This document shows, one piece after another, positions 1-11,323 of a stretch of DNA of 34,183 bases (positions are counted from its first letter, which is position 1; the number at the start of each line of letters is the position of its first letter). The notes under the pieces are model-generated. The model was not told the origin of the DNA, searched no databases, and was given only the letters and a program-made list of their open reading frames with translations. The position numbers and the translations under genes were made by a program. This stretch comes from Vitrella brassicaformis CCMP3155 (taxonomy: Eukaryota > Protista > Chromerida), in NCBI GenBank assembly GCA_001179505.1, contig CDMY01000664.1, positions 1 through 34,183 on the forward strand. Direction: 5' to 3'.

Positions 1-363
1 AGGCTGCTGACAGGCTGCTGCACAGACAGACTGCCGACAGGCGGATGATAGACAGACCTGTTAGGATCTGCCCAACTGCCGATCAGGCGGAAAAGACAAA
101 CCAGACTGCTGCGCCCATGTAAGAATAGGTGGGAGAGAGTCGGGGAGAATGGTGAAGAGAGGATCTGCCGGGCGGTCAGTCCCGGATAAAGGATTAAGTC
201 AATGCAACGTAAGGTCTGTGGATTTTGTGGAGAGTCCACGTAGGACATGTAGTATGCGTCAGTCCATCCTGTCTGACGTCCTGTCCGCCATGGCCTGTCT
301 CATGGAACGGACAAAGACTCAACAGCCGTCCTGTCTCACAGATCAGTGGATCGTCGGTCTATG

Positions 364-388
364 AACCCTAGACCCTAAACCCTGGACC
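364..388. repeat. Degenerate 7-mer telomere-like/telo-box repeat (CCCTAGA CCCTAAA CCCTGGA)
   Basis: Period-7 repeat read directly from the sequence, about 160 bp upstream of the ATG at 546. Confidence 0.4.
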
Positions 389-545
389 GACTTGCACTTC
401 TGACACGCCCGACGATTGCGCGCTTCGAGAAAGTCGGTTCGTTCTCGCCGGGAAGCGCACCAGATGAGCAGAAAAGGCACTGTGGATGAGCAGAAGGACC
501 GATTGCTCAAAGTCTGCAAGCTAAGCTAGCGTCGTTTGGTCTGCG

Positions 546-1364
546 ATGATTCCTCCCAATCCGGATGTCGGGCGGATGCCCCTGCCGGGCAGCGGGGTGT
601 TCAGGACACTCGTGGCCGCGGGAACCGGTGAGGTGCAAACAGCCGTGCTTTTGCTTTTGTTTGCTTGCCCTCTCGCCTCGATCACTCATTCTCTCTCCAT
701 GTCTGTGTGTGTGTGTGCCTGTGTTGTGTGTCGATCAGCGGTGGGCGTGGGTCTGTATGCAATGCGGCGTGTGTACAAGTCGGTGCAGCAGTTCCTGCGG
801 CGGGTGCGTGCGCCGGTCTTGTCAACGAGGGTGGACCCTGAGGTGGACGCCGAGGACGCACTCAGACAGGTCGGTGCCGTGGCAACCACAACACAGAGGG
901 AGGGGCAGACAAACAGACAGACACACACGCACAGAGAGAGAGAGAGAGAGAGCAATTCGGCCGCTGGTGAGAGTGTGAGTGTGACTGTGTTTGTGTGGAT
1001 GTGCGCGTGTGTGTGTGGTGTGTGTGCAGAAGGAGGCGTCATTCCGAACCCTGGTTGTGCAGGAGGTTGCGTATGACATTGTCTTGTGGATGAAGGAGGG
1101 CTGCCGATACGCCGGCGAGGCCAACATCTCCTTCACACACCGATGCCCCACACAAGGTAGGGCAGGGCAGGGCAGTGAAATGAATGAGTGGATATCCATC
1201 ATGATGGATGACTTGCGTGTCTTCCTGCCTGGTGCCTAGGCATATTTCTGGATTTCTCGGGCGGTGCGATCACGTGCCTTTGTGTCAATGGGCGGCTGAT
1301 CGGCAGCGATGGCGTGGCCATACCCTCTGGTCAGCCAGCGAGTGAATGCGGAGAGAACCCCCGG

Positions 1365-1398
<34 letters not shown>

Positions 1399-4300
1399 GC
1401 GCGTCTGCGTCTGTGTGTGTGTGTGTGATAGGCATTGGCGACGTTAAGCTGGTGGAGAGTGGCCACGCCGTGTGGGCGGCCCATCGGCTGCAGATATCGG
1501 GCTCCCTGCTCAAGGAACACAACGAGGTGATAGACCGCACCCACCCTCTTGATCAGCCAACGGATGGATGGATGGATGGCTGACACAGGCGGATGTGTAT
1601 ATGTGTGTGTGTGTGTGTGTCTGTGTGTCAAATCTATCTGACCGATATATCAGGTGGTGGTGGTGTTTGCGAGTGACTATGATCGCACCGGCGCCGGGCT
1701 GCACCAGATCATCGAAGAAAGCGAGCAGGTGCGTCTCACCGTCCCTCCCTCTCTCCCTCTCTCTCTCTCTCTCTGTGTGTGGATGGATGGATGGATGTGT
1801 GTGGAATTGATCAGCAAGTGTTTGAGTACTACTGTGCCAACCCCGGCGTGTTTGAGACCCACCGCATCTTTCCGTGCTTCGACCAGCCTGACCTCAGGGT
1901 GCGTGGGTTATAGATAGATCGGTGGGCGGGGCGGTCCGTCGATGTCTGTCTGTCTGGCCGCCCTTCAGGCACAGCTTCGCCTCTCTGTCATCGCACCATC
2001 TCAGTGGACAGTTATCACCAACAGTAACCTCCCCTCCGCCGACTTCCCCCTCCCCACACACACACACACTTTTCCTCTGTCCATCTCCATCTCTGACTCT
2101 CTCTCTCTCACTCTCTCAGTGCCGCCCCTGGAGGTCTCAGCCGACGCCCTCCAGACCGCCCGGCGCGAACGGATGAGCGCCCCGGCATCCCGCAGCAGCA
2201 GAGGGGCCAGGGCATACGCACACACGAGTGCGAGTGGGGGTGTGTCGGGCCTGGTGCGGTCCATGTCGGGCGACCTGCTGGCTGATGAGATGGAGGGCGA
2301 GACGCAGCGGTGCCCCACCATATTCGATGACGTGCCTAAGTAAGCTCCCGGGAAGGCGGAGGGGTGGGGTGGCGAAGGGGTGGGTGTGGTGGAAGAGTGT
2401 CTGTGGGCTGGGCTTTGTTGGTGTGTGTGTGTAGGAGCGGGTGCAAGCTGTGGCGGTTCGGTGCGACCCCACCGATCAGGTGTGGTGTGGTGTCAGATGA
2501 GACAAGACACACATAGCTCTATGAAGATCTTCAAGACACACAGCTCTATGTGATCTGCTGATCTGTTGTGCTGTGTGTGTGTGTGTGTCATTATGATAGT
2601 CTGAGTGGGTTTGTCTTTGCCGTCGGGCCCTTCCTCAAGGTGGTCAACAAGACCGGTGGGTTCGGTTGCTGCTGCTGCTGCTGCTCCTCACAGAGAGAGA
2701 GAGAGACAGCCGGAATGGATGGATGTGTGGCTGCTGTGCTGTGTGTGTGGATGGCATCGACGCACTTAGAGGGAGGTCTCCCCGTCGCTCTGTACTGCCG
2801 CCAATCGCAGCTCAGATACCTCGACCATGCCGTCCGTCAGCTCCCCTCCCCTCCCCCTCACTGACTGACCCACACACACCAACACACACCAACACACACC
2901 AACACACACCAACACACAGGCGGGCTCACATCTGCTTTTATGTGTGTGTGTGTGTGCGTGTGTGTGTGTGCAGGATTTGTTTGAGCTGATATCCCGTGGC
3001 CTGCGTTTCTTCGAGCAGTACTTCGACACGCCATACCCCTTCCAGAAGTGAGTGTGTGAGCGAGCTGCTGCACACACACAGACACACACACAGACACACA
3101 CAGACACACACACACACAGACACACAGCCCTCCGTCTCTCGCTTACACACCGCTTGTGTGCCCTCTCAGGTATGACCAGGTGTTTGTCCCGCAGGAGGCC
3201 CTCATGGCAACAGGAGGGACATGCAGCCGTAAGTAACCACACACACACACACCCCATCACACACACCCCACTGTCTGTCTGTCTGTCTGTTCTTCCCCTT
3301 GCAGCTCGTGCAGGTGCGACCATGTTGGTGGAGTCGCTCATGCTTGGTGCGCCCACTCCCGAGGCGTCATCAGTCGAGGAGGCCAAACTGTTCAGGGCAA
3401 GGGTCATACTCGAAAACATGTAAACACGCGACGGAGAGAGAGAGAGATAGAGACTGTGTGTGTGTGTGTGTGTGTCTGTATGTGGGGGTGTCAGTGTGTG
3501 GGTGTGGTTGGGTGGAATGGTGTCTGTGTCATGGTGGAGCGAGGAGTGGCTGCCCGAGGCCTTCAGCTCCTACGCCGCCGCACTCGCACTCAGCGACCCT
3601 AAGGTAACTAACCGACCCTCCCCTCCCTCCCTCCCTCCCCACCTGCACCACACTCCCAACACACACACACACATGGCGTGGCGTGGCGGCACAACAGATG
3701 GAGCGTACAGCTCTGGGCGTCAAGAGCATCCTCTCCGCCTCACCGCAGCAGCAGCCCTTCGCCCACTCCCCCCCGACCAGCCTAGCGGCAGCGCCAGCCT
3801 CGCTCCCGCCCTCCTCCCTGCCCCCGCCCTCTGCCTACGCCCTCAACGAGGTCAAGCGCGTGCCGTCCATGTGCAGCACATGGACCTTCAGCAACCCCAC
3901 ACCACGCACCCTGCCCTCCCCATCTGGCGCGGCCAGGCCGCACCACGGCGGCTGCTCCGCACTGCTGGAGCCGCACGCCGATAGGGGCGAGAGCTCGGGG
4001 TGGCGCCCTCATGTGGGAGGGGGAGGGGGAGGGGGGGAGTCGCAGACGCCCAAGGCTGCTGCTGCGAGTGGTGCTGGTGCTGGTGGTGGTGGTGGTGAGT
4101 GTGTTGAGACGGAGGCCACTCTGTCGTGGGTCGTGTTTCATCGGGACCTGAAGGCATGGGCATATTCACAGGACCAGAAGGTGAGAGGGGGTGGGCAGTG
4201 ATCCATCATGCGACGGATTGGATTGGATTGGATTGGGGTGTGTGTGTGTGTGTGGTGTGTTGCGTGTATGTGTGTGTAGGTGACAGCTCATGCTCTATAC

Positions 4301-7300
4301 AGCATGGTGAGGGACACCCACGACCTGCTGAGGGAGCCGGCCATCTCCAGGGGCAAGGGCGCGGCAGTCTTCAAACAACTCGTGAGCTGAGCTACACAGA
4401 GAGGGAGGGAGGGAGGGAGGGGGGAAGCTAACAAAGCACAACACACCAACAGAGAGAGAGAGGCGACAGACAGACAGACAGACAGACACAGACACACAGA
4501 CACACACAGACAGACAGACAGACGCTCTGTTGTGTCATGCTGGTCAGGTGTGTCTGCTGGGCCAAGAGCCGTTTCGACTTGTATGCCCTTCCTGGATAGA
4601 CAGACAATACACCCGTCCACTGACTGACAAGACGGCCACGGGATGGAATACTGCTTCCCTCTCCCTCCCTCTCTGTGTGTGGGTGTGTGTGTGTGTGTGT
4701 CAGGGCCTGGCTCTCTTCTTCGCCCGTTTTCGCTTCCAAAGCGTCACCATCAAACAGTTCTTCCAAGGCACGCCATCCCACCAACACCCCCCACACCCCA
4801 CACCCCACCCTGTGTCTCTCTCCTCTGTGTCTGTCTGCGACCATCCATCCATCCATCAGTGCTGCAAGAGGGCTGCGTGCGGATGTCGACCACACCCGAG
4901 CCCTCCCTCCACCCAGCAGCAGCAGCAGCAGCCACAGCCACAGCCACAGCAGCCGCGGCAGCTGATGGCGCATCACAACCACCACCAGCAGGAGCACCAG
5001 GAGCACCCGCAGCACCGTCTGTGTCGGGTGGAAGCGGTGTTGGAGATCTGTCTTACGGTCGGTGTCACCACGAGGTACTGCGGGCGCAGAGCACCTGGAT
5101 GAAGGTGTGGCTGGGCAAGCCTGGCATCAACACTATCAGACCGGTAAGTACGGGTGTTGGTGTGGGCAGCCAGGGGAGATGCATGGATGGATGGATGTGT
5201 GTGTGTGTGTGTGGTTTGTGTCTGTCTGCAGAGATGGGTGTGTGGCCCTGCTGCGAGCGAGATGGACGGCCGCGACACGTATGTCAGAGAGAGAAAGGAC
5301 CACACACACACACACACACGCACAGAACAGAACGGCAAAGGCGTTTGTGTGCGGTGTTCTCTGTCTGGTGTGGTGCAGTCGAGTGTTGTCGTTGCTGCAG
5401 CTGCAGCAGACGGCACCGGTCAAGCAGCCAACCATGAGACCACACAGACTACGGTAATTACGCTATCGACCCCCACACCACACCACACACCACACCCTTA
5501 CACACACCCATCACCCCACCCCAGCCCCACACACCACACTATGCGGTGCGGTGTGTTTGTTCTTCTGCGCAGGGTGGATCTCTTCTACCCCTCAGAAACA
5601 GGTGAAGTGAATTGGGTGGCCATTGGGAAACGACGGACGGCCATGATAAGCTTAAGGGCTGTATGCTCTCTCTCTCTCTCTCTGTCTGTGTGTGTGTGTT
5701 TTTGTGTGTGTGTCAGAGGCGGGCAAGGTTGATGCCTACGGCGTGTGGGTGGACGTCACGGTACGCAGCCATAGGAGAGGGAGGGAACTGTTTGTAGGAC
5801 GCTTCGCTTGTGTGCACGCCTGTGTGGTGTGGTAAACATGTTGTGTGGTGTGGCTGTCTGCAGGACGAGCTGACGAATGTCCCTTCAGTGGTCGGCCTGC
5901 CCCCACCACTCGGCGTCCTCTGCAACGCCGGTCGCTATGCCCCGCCCCCCCTTCATCCACCCCATACCATACCTTAGCATAGCCCCCCACCATCTGTGTG
6001 TGTCTGTCGGCCATGCAGGTGATTATGCCTACGTGAAGGGGCTGCTTGACGAGCAGACGCTCGAGTTCGTGTCCGAGCGGCTGCAACACATCCAGGTGTG
6101 TCAGGGGGGGCGGTCATGTGTGTGTGCCATCTCATCTCATCTGCCCGCGTGTGTGGTGTGTTGTGTGATCGAATAAGTCTGTGTTGAGCCGCCAGCTGAT
6201 ATGGCGGTCTCTGTGGGAGATGGTCCGCGATAGACAGCTCTCCTCGCTCAGATTCCTCGAGCTCGTAAGCGCGCAGCCGCTCACAACCACAGCAGCCATT
6301 GCCGTCGACCTGTGACCTGTGACACGTGTGTGTGTGTGTAGGTGCTGGCGAACTGGGGTGTGGAGCCCAATCTGTGCCTCCTCGAAGGACTGGCCTCAAA
6401 CGTGCTGGCCGCACTGCACTACTTCATCCCTGGTACCTCACGTCAGCCCTACCACCCACCACCCAACGCACAGATACGGGCCGTCACATGTGGGTGGATG
6501 GATGGATGGATCCCTCTGTGTGTGTGTGGTGTGGGTTTGTGTGTCAGAGCCCTTCTTTATGGAGGTGGCGGGGCGACTGTCTGACGCCACGCGCGAGCTT
6601 ACCGAGAAGGCACAGCAGCAGCAACAGAACCAGGTCACCTGACCTGCACACCACACTGATTCATTGACATGGAAGGATCTCTTTCGCGGCGACGTATAGC
6701 TGTGTCTTATGGGATGGGTGTGTGCAGACGTTCATCGACTTCTGGCTGCGTCTGTGGTGCCATACGTCCTACGACCTGGCCCACCTCCGGCCCCTCCTCG
6801 CACTTATGGACTCAGACACACCCCCAAGCACCACCACACACCTACAGCCACCACAACCGGTGGCACAACCGCCACCAGCGGCAGCATCGACACAAGCAGC
6901 ACAACCACCAGCAGCACCCGAGACCACACACAGCCACAGCCACAGCCACAACCACCCACACCCTCAGCTGCACCTAGACCAGGCTCTACGGTGGAAGGTG
7001 CTGGAGCACTTCTGCGCCCTCACTACCGAGGCGGATGAGGGCAGCGAGAGCAGCCTGGAAGACGGCGGGCCTTTGGTGAGGGAGAGGGAGGAGCGGCTGA
7101 GGCGGGAGGGGGAGAGGGACCCCCCCACCACACCCACCGGGGCTATTGGACACGCCAAGTGCTATGCGGCCATTCCTGACGCCAAACAAAAGAACCAGGT
7201 AGGTGCGGCGGTGGGAGGGAGGGTGTGTTGGGATGGGGTGGAGGGTGGGCAACCGTTGTCTCTCTCTTGTGTGCCACCGGTGTTTGTGCTGTGCTGACAG

Positions 7301-8082
7301 TTGTGGACGCGCTACTTGCAGATCAGCACGTTGAATCTGCACGACATCAGCGCGTCAATGGCCTCCTTCCACCAACGGCACCCGTGCCAGCGGCACCTGC
7401 TCGCGCCATACGTCAAACTCTTCTTCAAAGAGGTGAGTCAGGTCATTCACCCTCCTTAACCCCACAGCCCAACAGACTGAATTTGTGTGTGTGTGTGTGC
7501 CCTCAGGTGCGTCGCGTGTTTCGGTGCAAGCATCCCCACCTGGCCCTCCAGTTCTGGGAGCAGCTCTTCCCGCTCCACAGGGTCGCCAACTCGAGCAGGG
7601 TGAGTGCAGTACGTGTTAGTCACACACACACACACATCCATTCATCCATCCACCGCACCTGTGTGTGGTGTGCTATGTGTGTGGTGTGTGCAGACGCTGG
7701 CTCGCACTCTGCGGCTGATCGAGGCACTGGGAGAGGTAATTACAGTACCCATTATCCGTCCACTCCACACACACACGCCCCAGCTGTCTCTCTCGTGTGC
7801 ACCACCCCCTCCTCCCTCCCTCTGTGCTGTGTGTCACGGTCAGGATGAGAAGCTCCTGCGTCGCGTTGCTCTCGATGGTCAGTGCAGTGCAGTGCAGTGC
7901 ACAGACAACTGACTGCCAGCCGTTTAATTAAGTGTGTCTCTTTGGTGGTCTGTCTTGCAGGTTATGACGAGCTGCTGCGTGCTCATGCGTGTCGCGAGAT
8001 GTGTTGGGTGCAGTCGGGCACGGCCTCACTGCCGCAGGAGGAGCAGGGCGGGGACCTGTCGGACCTCGAGGACACGGACTGA
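546..8082 (+). CDS. Multi-exon M1/PepN (actinobacterial PepN-type) aminopeptidase homolog with ERAP1_C-like C-terminus; catalytic motifs degenerate
   Basis: Stitched exons give family landmarks in the expected order: IFLDFSGG..VNG, DYDRTGAGLH, HRIFPCFDQPDLRAQLRLSVIAPSQWTVITN, FAVGPF, LPVALYCRQSQLRYLD, GLRFFEQYFDTPYPFQKYDQVFVP, WWSEEWLPEAFSSY, KAWAYSQDQ, KGAAVFKQL, WLGKPGINTIRP, PTMRPHRL, DYAYVKGLLDE, RQLIWRSLWEMVRD, DQALRW, LLAPYVKLFF. Stop at 8080-8082. Internal exon boundaries were set by eye. Confidence 0.9.
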
Positions 8083-8606
8083 CTGAGCGATGGAGGGAGG
8101 GACTGATGGAGGGAGGGGCGTTGGTCGTGTCTGTGAGAACGGACTTTATCGACTGACTCCATGTGTGAGAGGGTGCGCGTGTGTGTGTGGATGAGAGTGT
8201 GGACCATGCTCATTCCTAAGCTCTGGAGGGATGGTGGATGTGGCCTTCAAGAAATAAGCGAGAGAGGCGGAAATGGGTGGGGTGGTCCATCCACACACAC
8301 ACACATTCACCATTCACACACACGCATATAGCACACACCACACCCTATCGGCGTGGCCTGGCCTGGCCGACCGTTCTGTACAGCGAGTGCACGGACCATG
8401 GGGTGGATGGTGGGTGTGGGTGTGGGGAAAAACTGACTGCATCATGTGAAAAGGCAACGCACCGATGGAGTGCTTCGAAAACATCAGAAAAGAGCAGCGA
8501 TATGTGTGGTTGGTTGGTTAGTCGCAAGAGCTACCTAGTTATAGTAGAAGAAGCGAAGTAGGTCTGTCTACCGGCCCCCTCGTGTGTGTGTGTGTGTGTG
8601 TGTGGT

Positions 8607-10968
8607 TCAGGGGATGATGAGCTCCTCCCCGGCATCCTTGAGGGCGCGGGCGGGGGCCTCGGGGTCCTCCATCTTGCCCTTGCCGCGGTAACGGCCCCTG
8701 CCGCCCTTGCCGCCCTTGCCCTTGCCCTTTCCTTTGCCCTTGCCCTTGCCCTTGCGGACGATCACCTGCACACACACATACACACACACACCGAGAGAGA
8801 GAATGCAGAGACACTGTGTTGTGTTGTGAGAACCTTTCGGCGGATTCTAGTGCGGTTTTTGGGCAGTGCGGCAGTGTCGTCGTCGGTCTCCTCCTCCTCC
8901 TCTGCATCCTCCTCGGCCACGGCCTCCTCATCCCCATTGCCATTATCCTCCTCCTCCTCCTCGCCATTCTCACCCTCTTCCTCGCCGTTCTCGCCGTTGT
9001 CTTCATCTAGCCGGCGTTCCTCCCCCTCCCCCTCGGCGACCTCGGCATCGTCCTCCTCGGTCGCCTCCACTGCCCCCTCCTCATAATCAGGGTCATACCT
9101 ATCCGTCAGATCAGACACACACAGATGGGGTCAGACGGGGTGNNNNNNNNNNNNNNNNNNNNNNNNNNNNNNNNNNNNNNNNNNNNNNNNNNNNNNNNNN
9201 NNNNNNNNNNNNNNNNNNNNNNNNNNNNNNNNNNNNNNNNNNNNNNNNNNNNNNNNNNNNNNNNNNNNNNNNNNNNNNNNNNNNNNNNNNNNNNNNNNNN
9301 NNNNNNNNNNNNNNNNNNNNNNNNNNNNNNNNNNNNNNNNNNNNNNNNNNNNNNNNNNNNNNNNNNNNNNNNNNNNNNNNNNNNNNNNNNNNNNNNNNNN
9401 NNNNNNNNNNNNNNNNNNNNNNNNNNNNNNNNNNNNNNNNNNCCATTACGCTTTGTCGGCTTCGGGGTCGGAGTAGTTGGCGATGAAGTTGAGGATGGAG
9501 CTGTCGTCGCCCTCATACGGCGTGGTGGTGTCGAACTGCTCATCCTCAGGCACCTCGTCGGTCTCGTCGGCCGCATCCTCCAACTCGCTGTCGTCCGACA
9601 TGCACAGCCGGCAGTCGATGGGGCACTCGGCACCGGTGGCCAGCTCCTTGCCGTCGTACGCCACGCCCGGCTTGGCCGGGTCGTCGAAGCGCGTCTCGCA
9701 GCCCTCGTCCAGCTGCACGCAGCATTTGGTGCAGCCCTCCTCGGATGGACTGCCGCAGGGCTCCGTGAAGCCGCCGATGGTGCCTGTGTGTGTGTGAGAG
9801 GGGACAGAGAGACGTGTGTGTGGTGGGGCCGAGCAGATCGAATCGTGAGAGTTTCTTTTGGCAGGTGGGGGCGACGGATGTGTCTTCGGTGCATGAAGCG
9901 GGTTTGATGCAGAGGGTGACGGCGCTGGCCTCGTCGCACTCGCACTCCTTGCACTTGTTGACCAGCATCCGACGGCAACCGTCGGGACACTCCAAGTCCT
10001 CGGGATATGTAACCTCTACAGCCTCTTGACCTGCACACACCACACCACACCACATCACACCACCACACACACGGAGGTCCGTCATGGTTGCGGCCCTCCC
10101 CCCTCCCTCCCTCCCTCCCCGCACCGACCTGCCGGCTTCTTATCCTCAAACCCCGGTGCGTATTTGATGCAGTAGTTATCCCCCTGGTCGTCACACTCGT
10201 CGGGATTGGCGTCCTTGTACCAGCGGATGACCCCCGGGGTGCCCTCCTCGGTGGTGCAGGCCTTGAGGCCCGCCTGCTCGCTCGGGCAGATGCTCTTGTC
10301 GTCACACGTGGCGCTGCACCGGGTGCGGCTGCAGCCGTCATCGTAGACCTCGCAACCGCGCTCGCACACCAACTCCTGGTTGATGTCTGACCATAAGAAG
10401 AAAGGCAGCGCAGCAATGAGACACACATACAAATGGATGGATGGATGGATGGATGGATGGATGGATGGAGAGGGGGGGGACGAGTGACCCCTCACATCTT
10501 TCCACGGCACCCCCCTACTGACCACGGCAAGGCTCGCCCTCCATCTGTTGGACGCAGTCTGGGAATCGCTCGTCAGGGTCTAGTGCGCAGTCCTCCGCTG
10601 TGGTGTTGGGCACACTGCACTTGGTGAAGTCCAGGTCGCCCTCCGAGTTGCACGGCCACTGACGGCACCCATCTGACCATACACACCACGACACCCACCC
10701 GCCACCACCATGGAAGATCTCCCCACATTCCATTTCTGCATTTCTGCCCCATTTTCCGCTCACCGGAGACCATAGCGCAGCCCTCGGAGCAGAAAAACAG
10801 GTCCTGATGGAAGGGGGGGAGCGTGTGGGTGGACGGACGGCACAGATCTGTCGGTGTGTGGGGTGTGTGGCTTACCTCGTCGCCTTCATATGGGGCACAG
10901 AGGTCCTGGGCTCGGGTGGCCAGCAGGAAGGGGAGGGTGATGAACGCAAGAAGCAAGATCCACGCCAT
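8607..10968 (-). CDS. Secreted Cys-rich protein with Glu/Asp-rich stalk and (GK)n basic tail; spans the assembly gap
   Basis: Starts with signal peptide MAWILLLAFITLPFLLATRA at 10968. Cys-rich exons follow (DLCAPYEG, CRQWPCNSEG..CSVP..CALDP..C, CERGCEVYDDGCSRTRCSATCDDKSICP, CPDGCRRMLVNKCKECECD, CGSPSEEGCTKCC, CPIDCRLC), then an acidic exon (about 8830-9099) and a last exon VIVRKGKGKGKGKGKGKGGKGGRGRYRGKGK..IIP*. Splice phases are compatible across the gap. Confidence 0.75.
9143..9442. other. Assembly gap (300 N) inside an intron of the Cys-rich gene
   Basis: Run of N, seen directly. Confidence 1.
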
Positions 10969-11323
10969 CCCGGTCGCAAAAGAGTATGGAAAATGCACTT
11001 CCGCCTACCTATGCCACTTCGGGCCCCAGCTCCGGGCCCCAAGAAAACTTAAGGAGATCTCGCAAGACAACTTCGGAGATCTCGGTGAAGGACAAGTCGC
11101 AAATCCCTCAGGTAGTGCTTGAGCGTCGCTAAGACTGCAATTGCTCCTCTGGTCTCTAAGCTCGCAAAAAGAAGCCAAGCTCGCAGATGACCTCTCCATC
11201 AGTCGAGAAGAGACCTCGGCCCGACCCGATCTCAAACTGGTCTTTATAAGGGTCGTTGCAAAGTTCGTTGCGGCAGCACAGTGCTTTTTGCTGTGAGAGT
11301 GTTCGGGCATTGAAGGACGTAGT
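10969..11323. promoter_or_regulatory. Probable bidirectional promoter between the Cys-rich gene (-) and FAR (+)
   Basis: 355-bp head-to-head spacer with no microsatellites. Contains two GAGATCTC palindromes (11054-11061, 11076-11083) in a short direct repeat, and a TTTATAAG element near 11243. Confidence 0.5.

Noticed and set aside
1-360. Loose GACAG.../...CTGTC inverted pattern suggesting a MITE
   Set aside because: No contiguous terminal inverted repeat or target-site duplication could be defined, and the left boundary is outside the window.
2500-2560. Short direct repeats in introns (caagacacac..gctctatg x2; also aacacacacc x4 at about 2875-2917) resembling CRISPR-like arrays
   Set aside because: Only 2-4 units, no unique spacers, and they lie inside eukaryotic introns; this is slippage.
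8586-9086. Ser-rich + strand ORF (SSSSPFSPSSSP)
   Set aside because: It is the antisense shadow of the Glu/Asp-rich exon on the minus strand.
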